Part shown: in pieces, positions 14,929-20,000 of the stretch
Layout of the letters: each line of letters begins with the position of its first letter
Numbering within the stretch: the first letter of the stretch is position 1
IMG/VR virus record: IMGVR_UViG_3300031787_000074
Reading direction: 5' to 3' (one strand)
From: an uncultured virus (IMG/VR IMGVR_UViG_3300031787_000074)
Taxonomy: Duplodnaviria; Heunggongvirae; Uroviricota; Caudoviricetes
Length of the DNA stretch: 20,000 bases
The notes under the pieces: model-generated
The model's input: only the letters and a program-made list of their open reading frames with translations
Databases searched by the model: none
What the model was told of the DNA's origin: nothing
Made by a program: the position numbers and the translations under genes

Positions 14929-17900
14929 ATGAGTCCTGCAAACAAGTCTAAGGACATTGTCAAGAAAATTGAGTCTAAATTCAAGGTCCAAAAGAGAGGT
15001 GGTGGATCAGAAGACTTCAAGGTCAGCAAGGTTCATAGCGCAATCAAGCGAGCTTTGGTGAATGGAGGTGGTTGGAATCCTGACGAAGCTGAGAAGGAAG
15101 CTGAGAATATCACTAACGCCGTTATCAGTCTTATCGTCAAGACTTTGACTAGTCCTGTTAATGTTGAAAGCATTCAGAATTTGGTAATCCAGCAGCTATG
15201 GGCTTTCAATCGCGACACTGAAGCTACTCATTACACCGTTTACAAGGAAGAAAGGAAGAAGTCGCGTGAGCTTGTTCCTGTGGATGAGAAGATCAAGGCG
15301 ATGATTGCTGATGACGCCAAGAACTTTGATGAGCCTATTCAGTACTTTCAGCTTATTACCAAGTTTGCACGATGGAATGAAAAAGCCAATAGGCGTGAAA
15401 CTTGGCAAGAAGTGTGTGATCGTGTGATTGGCTGGTTTCAAAAGCAGCCAAGACTTAAGAATGTTGAAGAAAGCCAATGGAATGAGTTGTTCAGCTATCT
15501 ATATAACTTGAAAGCAAGCCCTGCTATGCGGGTTGTTCAGATGGCTGGAGCTCCTTTGGACCGATGCAACGTTGGTGTTTTCAACTGCTCTTACTTGCCT
15601 ATCGTTGATTTGTTCTCCTTTGTCGAGCTTCTCTACATTCTTATGCAAGGCACAGGTGCTGGCTTCTCCGTTGAGTCTGCCAACATCGAGCATCTTCCTC
15701 GCATCAAGAGGCAAAAGCTTGCAGAGAAGACCAAGCACATTATTGAAGACTCCACAGAAGGTTGGTGCGATGCCTTACATATGGGGTTGAAGGCTTGGTT
15801 TGAGGGAGATGACATTGATTTTGACTTCAGCAGGATTAGACCTGCTGGGGCAAAGCTCAAGACCAAGGGCGGTAGAAGCTGCGGGCCTGAGCCTCTAAAG
15901 GATCTTCTGAAGTTTGCCCGCGATTTGATTCTCAAGCGCCAAGGCAAATACCTTACTGAGCTTGATTGCCACGACCTTGCTTGCATGGTTGGCAAGATTG
16001 TTCAGGTTGGAGGCGTAAGGCGTGCAGCTTTGATCTCTCTTTCTGACCTTAGCAGTTCAGAAATGCGTGAAGCCAAGAGTGGAGCATGGTGGCAAAACCA
16101 CGTTCACCGTTCCATGGCCAACAACTCTGCCGTGTATGACAGCAAACCAAGCGATGTTGCCTTCATGGACGAGTGGCTCAGCCTGGCAAAGTCTGGTTCT
16201 GGAGAGCGAGGTATCTTCAATCGCGATGGTGTTTTGAAGATGTTGCCCAAACGACGCAAGAAAGCCAAGTTTGGAACCAACCCTTGCTTTCATCCAGACA
16301 CAAGAATCTTCTGTAGCGAAGGTCTGATGCGCATTGTTGACCTTTACGAGCTAGGCATGGAGGTGAACGTAACTGTTGACAACCGTGAAAAGCCTGGAGA
16401 GATCGTTGTCGGTGTGGATTTGAAGGCAGCTAGCCAAGTTGAGCTGACTCAAACCCAGGCCAAGGTCTTCAGGCTGACAACGGAGCACGGTCATGAGATC
16501 GTTTGCACCGAAAATCATGAGTTTCCAACCGCCAAGGGGCGTAAGCAACTTAAAGATTTGAAGGCTGGAGACACTCTGTGCCTTCAATCTGACGAGGGTT
16601 TCTTCGGTCCTTACGGCGATTACAAGACAGGAGTGCTTCTTGGAGTGGTTGCCGGTGCTGGAAAGGTAGAAACCAACGACAGAAGGCTTAAAACCTTGTC
16701 CATAGAGGACTTCCTGTCTGACATGGACAACATGGACATGGTTGATGACTGCCTTACAGCCGTCGGAAAGCGCGGGAACAAGCACAAGACCGCAAATGTG
16801 CGCACCCAGCCCAAGATGTCTGGCATGGTTTTCACCAACAGAGTGGCGGAGATGGCTTATTTGAGCGATACGTCCGAGATGAAGACGTCAATTCCTGAAA
16901 CTGTAATGCGCGGAAAGCGTTCTATGGTCGCAGGTTACTTGTCGGCTGTCATGTCCAGCGCTTCCAGGGTCATTTCCACCCGTGAAAATGACGCTCAGAG
17001 CTTCATGATGCAGATTGACAGCCCGTCAAAGAGCTTCCTTCTTGGTTTGCAGATGCTTTTTGCCAACTTTGGCGTTGTTGCCAGGGTTGCAAAGAGGTCT
17101 GGCAAGACAAATAACATAGGAATGCTTCGTGACGTCAATCCAAGCAATGACGATAAGGTCAGTTTGATCCTAAACAGGACAAATTGCGCCATCGCCTATG
17201 AGAGGATTGGCGTTTCTGGTCTTCCTGGCTCCATCCTTAGTGATTTTCTTGGCAACACCAAGACCTGGATGGCTGACAGAGACGAGAAATACGTCACGAA
17301 GGTCAAGGAAATCCGTCCTGACGGCTTCTCTGACGTATATTGCCTCAACCAACCAGAGACTCACAACGTTATAGCCAACGGTGTGGTCGCTGGAAACTGC
17401 GCTGAGATCATTTTGAGGCCACACGAGTTCTGCAATCTCACAATTGTTATTGCAAGACCCAACGATACGGCTGAAACTCTTAAAGAGAAGATCCGCATTG
17501 CCACTATTTTCGGCACCATGCAAGCCAGCTGCACAAACTTCAAGTACATTCGCAATGAATGGCACAAGAACTGTGAAGAAGAGGCGTTGCTTGGCGTCGA
17601 TATCACTGGACAGATGGACTGTCCTCTTCTTAGACCTGACGCTGAAGGCCGTGAAAAGCTTCTTGAGGAGCTTAAGGGCGTGGTCGCCAAGACTAACGAG
17701 GAGTGGGCTAAGAAAATCGGCATCAACAGGGCTGCAGCCGACACTTGCGTCAAGCCTAGTGGCGATAGCAGCCAGTTCTACAACTGTGGTTCAGGCATAC
17801 ACGCCTGGTTTGGTAAGTTCTTCGTCAGAAGGGTTCGCGAACGTCGCGATAGCCCTGTGGCGAGAATGCTAATGGACCAGGGAGTGCCTTGGATGGTAGC

Positions 17901-18312
17901 TCCTGAAGACCCATCCTTGGTTTGTTTTGAGTTCCCACGTAAAGCGCCGGAAGGAGCGTTGACACGCCATGATCAAACCGCGATCGACCAACTGGAGAAT
18001 TGGCTTGTATGGAAGAAGCATTTTGCGGAGCACTCAGTGTCAGCCACTATATATGTGGAAGACGGAGAGTGGCTCGAAGCTGGTCTCTGGGTCCACAAGC
18101 ATTTCGATGAAGTTAGCGGCGTCAGCTTTCTGCCTAGGGATAACGGTACTTACACTGGTACTCCCTATGAGGAGATCACCGAAGAAGAGTACAACAAGAG
18201 ACTGGCTGCGCTGCCTGAGATCGATTGGTCCAAGCTGGTACGGTATGAAACCGAAGACATGACTGTGGGTTCTCAAACCTACGCATGTACTGCCGGCGGT
18301 TGTGATTTCTGA
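14929..18312 (+). CDS. nrdJ: class II adenosylcobalamin-dependent ribonucleotide reductase (monomeric RTPR type) with N-terminal ATP cone and an intein; 1127-aa precursor, about 756 aa spliced
   Basis: ATP cone VQKRGGGSEDFKVSKVHSAI...VESIQNLV; RRETWQEVCDRV; FNCSY; LMQGTGAGFSV; VGGVRRAALISLS; spliced TNP-CAEIIL..EFCNL; TCVKPSG; C-terminal CTAGGC shuttle pair with no class I tyrosine pair. Confidence 0.95.
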   Translation: MSPANKSKDIVKKIESKFKVQKRGGGSEDFKVSKVHSAIKRALVNGGGWNPDEAEKEAENITNAVISLIVKTLTSPVNVESIQNLVIQQLWAFNRDTEATHYTVYKEERKKSRELVPVDEKIKAMIADDAKNFDEPIQYFQLITKFARWNEKANRRETWQEVCDRVIGWFQKQPRLKNVEESQWNELFSYLYNLKASPAMRVVQMAGAPLDRCNVGVFNCSYLPIVDLFSFVELLYILMQGTGAGFSVESANIEHLPRIKRQKLAEKTKHIIEDSTEGWCDALHMGLKAWFEGDDIDFDFSRIRPAGAKLKTKGGRSCGPEPLKDLLKFARDLILKRQGKYLTELDCHDLACMVGKIVQVGGVRRAALISLSDLSSSEMREAKSGAWWQNHVHRSMANNSAVYDSKPSDVAFMDEWLSLAKSGSGERGIFNRDGVLKMLPKRRKKAKFGTNPCFHPDTRIFCSEGLMRIVDLYELGMEVNVTVDNREKPGEIVVGVDLKAASQVELTQTQAKVFRLTTEHGHEIVCTENHEFPTAKGRKQLKDLKAGDTLCLQSDEGFFGPYGDYKTGVLLGVVAGAGKVETNDRRLKTLSIEDFLSDMDNMDMVDDCLTAVGKRGNKHKTANVRTQPKMSGMVFTNRVAEMAYLSDTSEMKTSIPETVMRGKRSMVAGYLSAVMSSASRVISTRENDAQSFMMQIDSPSKSFLLGLQMLFANFGVVARVAKRSGKTNNIGMLRDVNPSNDDKVSLILNRTNCAIAYERIGVSGLPGSILSDFLGNTKTWMADRDEKYVTKVKEIRPDGFSDVYCLNQPETHNVIANGVVAGNCAEIILRPHEFCNLTIVIARPNDTAETLKEKIRIATIFGTMQASCTNFKYIRNEWHKNCEEEALLGVDITGQMDCPLLRPDAEGREKLLEELKGVVAKTNEEWAKKIGINRAAADTCVKPSGDSSQFYNCGSGIHAWFGKFFVRRVRERRDSPVARMLMDQGVPWMVAPEDPSLVCFEFPRKAPEGALTRHDQTAIDQLENWLVWKKHFAEHSVSATIYVEDGEWLEAGLWVHKHFDEVSGVSFLPRDNGTYTGTPYEEITEEEYNKRLAALPEIDWSKLVRYETEDMTVGSQTYACTAGGCDF
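16285..17397 (+). mobile_element. intein, 371 aa, with a degenerate LAGLIDADG homing endonuclease region
   Basis: Block A CFHPDTRI follows TNP; block B GHEIVCTENHEF; blocks F/G DVYCLNQPETHNVIANGVVAGN then extein Cys. Removal restores the active-site NPCAE. Confidence 0.95.
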
Positions 18313-18323
18313 AGTTAGCTGAT

Positions 18324-18371
18324 AGCTAAAAAAAAAGAGTGTAGCTTAAAAGCTACACTCTTTTTTTAGCT
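18324..18371. terminator. bidirectional intrinsic terminator between convergent genes (hairpin repeat copy 1)
   Basis: AGCT-A9-GAGTGTAGCT-taaa-AGCTACACTC-T7-AGCT. Confidence 0.88.
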
Positions 18372-18728
18372 GTCCATGGCATCTTTAATAGCTTTTCTCC
18401 AAACGTCTTTTTTTATGTGCATGTCTTCATATAAGTTTAGCGAAAATCCTAGTTCTTCATTGGCCTCCTCTAGAAAAATAATAACAGAATCACCGTCTTT
18501 ACCGTAGCCAACATCGTTCTTAATTTCTTCTTCGTCGCCATCGATTCCAAGAACTGTTACGTTGTAACAGTGGTCTTTAACTCTACCGACTACTATCTGC
18601 GCTGCAAATTTAATCCTTTCTTCTATTGGCAATTTTAAGAGCCTGGCTCGCTCCTTCGCCAGGGAACAGATCTCCCTAAGCTCTTTAGAGCTTGTAGCCG
18701 CTATCCAATTCTTATTAGGCTGTGTCAT
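18366..18728 (-). CDS. hypothetical protein, 120 aa
   Basis: ATG with AGGAGAAGG upstream; TAA stop embedded in the terminator. Confidence 0.8.
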   Translation of the reverse strand: MTQPNKNWIAATSSKELREICSLAKERARLLKLPIEERIKFAAQIVVGRVKDHCYNVTVLGIDGDEEEIKNDVGYGKDGDSVIIFLEEANEELGFSLNLYEDMHIKKDVWRKAIKDAMDS

Positions 18729-18749
18729 AAGATCCTTCTCCTAGGGGTT

Positions 18750-18793
18750 AAAAAAAGCCAGGCAGGGAGTGCAGTTTTTAGGCTACACTCCCC
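18750..18793 (-). terminator. hairpin repeat copy 2 with a T7 tract on the minus strand
   Basis: Minus strand GGGGAGTGTAGCC-taaaa-ACTGCACTCCC-tgcctggc-TTTTTTT, just after the stop at 18801. Confidence 0.65.
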
Positions 18794-18800
18794 ATTTGGT

Positions 18801-18914
18801 TTACATTTGTTTCCATGCTACCCACAGCACGACATTAGCCACCAAAAGGTATGTGACCAACGCCACTGGAATCATCACAAAAAGACAACTAGCCAAATCA
18901 AATTTCTTAAACAT
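18801..18914 (-). CDS. small single-pass membrane protein, 37 aa (below the ORF-track cutoff)
   Basis: Manual translation MFKKFDLASCLFVMIPVALVTYLLVANVVLWVAWKQM; AGGAGG SD; promoter-like motif upstream and hairpin downstream. Confidence 0.75.
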   Translation of the reverse strand: MFKKFDLASCLFVMIPVALVTYLLVANVVLWVAWKQM

Positions 18915-18972
18915 GGCACTACCTCCTAACAAATCACCGACTACCGAAGTGATAGGTGGCGATCAGCACAGG

Positions 18973-19003
18973 ATTATGCCGCTTATACGCGTTTACTTAA
19001 GTA
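18973..19003 (-). promoter_or_regulatory. bipartite promoter-like motif copy A
   Basis: TACTTAAGTAAacgcgtataagCGGCATAAT; aligns without gaps to 19725-19755. Confidence 0.55.
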
Positions 19004-19071
19004 GCTGATAGCTAAAAGAAAACCCGGAGGGTGGGGAGTGTAGCTTTTAGGCTACACTCCCCATCGGGGTT
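19003..19071 (-). terminator. hairpin repeat copy 3 with TTTTCTTTT-AGCTATCAGCT tail
   Basis: Perfect 13-bp stem TGGGGAGTGTAGC (19032-19044) / GCTACACTCCCCA (19051-19063), extended by AACCC/GGGTT, starting at the stop of the 19070 gene. Confidence 0.8.
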
Positions 19072-19660
19072 ATAGGTTTTTAAGCGCATGATTTAACATG
19101 CGTTTCGCCTCCCCCTCCGATATGACGGCATCACCGCCGCCATCGATTTCGATATGGTAGGTGTTATCTACCGTCTCAACGATGTATATGGTGGGGGACA
19201 CTCGATATACCCTCCTGGTTGGGTGGTAGTACCCCTCCGGAGGAGGGGGCACTTGAAGCCTGGCGAAATCTTCAACCTCCAAAGCTGAAGCCCTTGCGAT
19301 GAGAGCCTCGGCTTCGTTGATCATTGCGAGGTAGTCTGGGTACGCCCCAGATTCCTCGAAGGAATATGCAGGGGCCAGCGCCGATGGCCCCCAGACCTTC
19401 CTGTGGACCCATCTTTCCCGCACATAATAGGCGGCGGTCCTTAAGGCCTCAGCCTTCTTGCGAAGGCCCACGGAGGATTCGGCAAATGCCGCATCAGCTG
19501 CGGCCTTGACGACGAAGGCCCGCGCAGCCTCCAGATCCCTCAGGTTCGCCGCCGCCTGGGCTGCCGCCTCTGCCTCGCGCTGGATTTTGACGCGGTTTTC
19601 CGCGTCAATGCCAATGAGGCGGATTTTTGACTTCAGGGCCCGAAATTTAGCGTTGTTCAT
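19070..19660 (-). CDS. hypothetical Ala-rich protein, about 196 aa
   Basis: Re-started at ATG 19660 (MNNAKF) with GGGGT SD-like sequence; GC-rich relative to the leftward operon. Confidence 0.75.
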   Translation of the reverse strand: MNNAKFRALKSKIRLIGIDAENRVKIQREAEAAAQAAANLRDLEAARAFVVKAAADAAFAESSVGLRKKAEALRTAAYYVRERWVHRKVWGPSALAPAYSFEESGAYPDYLAMINEAEALIARASALEVEDFARLQVPPPPEGYYHPTRRVYRVSPTIYIVETVDNTYHIEIDGGGDAVISEGEAKRMLNHALKNL

Positions 19661-19724
19661 GGCCTGTACCCCAATAGGCACGCCCACACATCTCAGTTGT
19701 GTGAGGGCTATACCTATTCATATT

Positions 19725-19755
19725 AATATGACGTGTTTTTGTTATTAATTAAGTA
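19725..19755 (-). promoter_or_regulatory. bipartite promoter-like motif copy B
   Basis: TACTTAATTAAtaacaaaaacaCGTCATATT; same spacing as copy A. Confidence 0.55.
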
Positions 19756-19758
19756 TTG

Positions 19759-19803
19759 GCTGATGGCTAAAAAAATGAGCAGTTTTACGACCTGCTCAGG
19801 TCG
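19759..19803 (-). terminator. pseudoknot-capable terminator-like element with T7-AGCCATCAGC tail
   Basis: Minus strand CGACC-TGAGCA-GGTCG-TAAAAC-TGCTCA-TTTTTTT-AGCCATCAGC. Confidence 0.6.
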
Positions 19804-19814
19804 GGTCTATGAAA

Positions 19815-20000
19815 TTACTCCTTGCAGGGGTGGGCAACGTTACCACCCCAGTCGTCAACGAGAGTTGAAACATCGTCTTTGAAGAGAGGCCTGAAAGCCT
19901 CTCCCAAGAACCTTGAGGGTTTTCCTGTCCCGGTATCCCAGGAAAGGCAACTCATGTGGTCATGGGCCTCCACCTGGACCCACCGCCCCTCCATAGCCCA
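19815..20000 (-). CDS. hypothetical protein, C-terminal part (probably 5'-partial)
   Basis: Open frame of 61 codons WAMEGRWVQVEAHDHMSCLSWDTGTGKPSRFLGEAFRPLFKDDVSTLVDDWGGNVAHPCKE, TAA at 19815-19817, followed by a terminator-like element as in neighbouring units. Confidence 0.55.
   Translation of the reverse strand, partial: WAMEGRWVQVEAHDHMSCLSWDTGTGKPSRFLGEAFRPLFKDDVSTLVDDWGGNVAHPCKE

Noticed and set aside
14835..18276. Minus-strand and alternate-frame ORFs over nrdJ
   Set aside because: Shadow frames of a well-supported gene.
18324..19071. Repeated hairpins as a CRISPR array or integron attC sites
   Set aside because: Spacing is about 430 and 270 bp with whole genes between copies, there are no cas or integrase genes in the window, and the GTTRRRY end box is not matched.
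18769..19748. Plus-strand ORFs 18769-19008, 19324-19509 and 19458-19748
   Set aside because: They lie antisense to minus-strand genes with better SD and cassette context, and two cross regulatory elements.

Overview
This window looks like part of a large (jumbo-type) bacteriophage genome, with three modules. (1) 1-14786, minus strand: a tightly packed operon built around a divergent bacterial-type two-barrel RNA polymerase. One 1478-aa chain fuses a compact beta subunit to the N-terminal, catalytic half of beta' (GADFDGD). The C-terminal half of beta' (bridge helix, trigger loop) is a separate gene about 3.9 kb downstream at 1-1608; it runs off the window and is missing from the ORF track. 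Both beta' zinc sites are lost and the two chains carry 1 Cys in about 2000 residues. Between the halves sit low-complexity proteins, three sharing an N-terminal leader M(A/P)FNYKAIxxVKxA. Upstream sit glycine-zipper-type proteins with recurring K-x-A motifs. I infer a virion-packaged RNAP plus leader-targeted, protease-matured internal proteins. (2) 14929-18312, plus strand: a class II (B12) ribonucleotide reductase with an ATP cone and a 371-aa intein in the active-site NP/CxE motif. (3) 18366-20000, minus strand: small orphan genes in cassette-like units, with a repeated hairpin, a U-tract-AGC(T/C)ATCAGC tail and a repeated bipartite promoter-like motif. No tRNA, rRNA or CRISPR array was seen. 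All homology calls are by-eye motif recognition; no searches were run.
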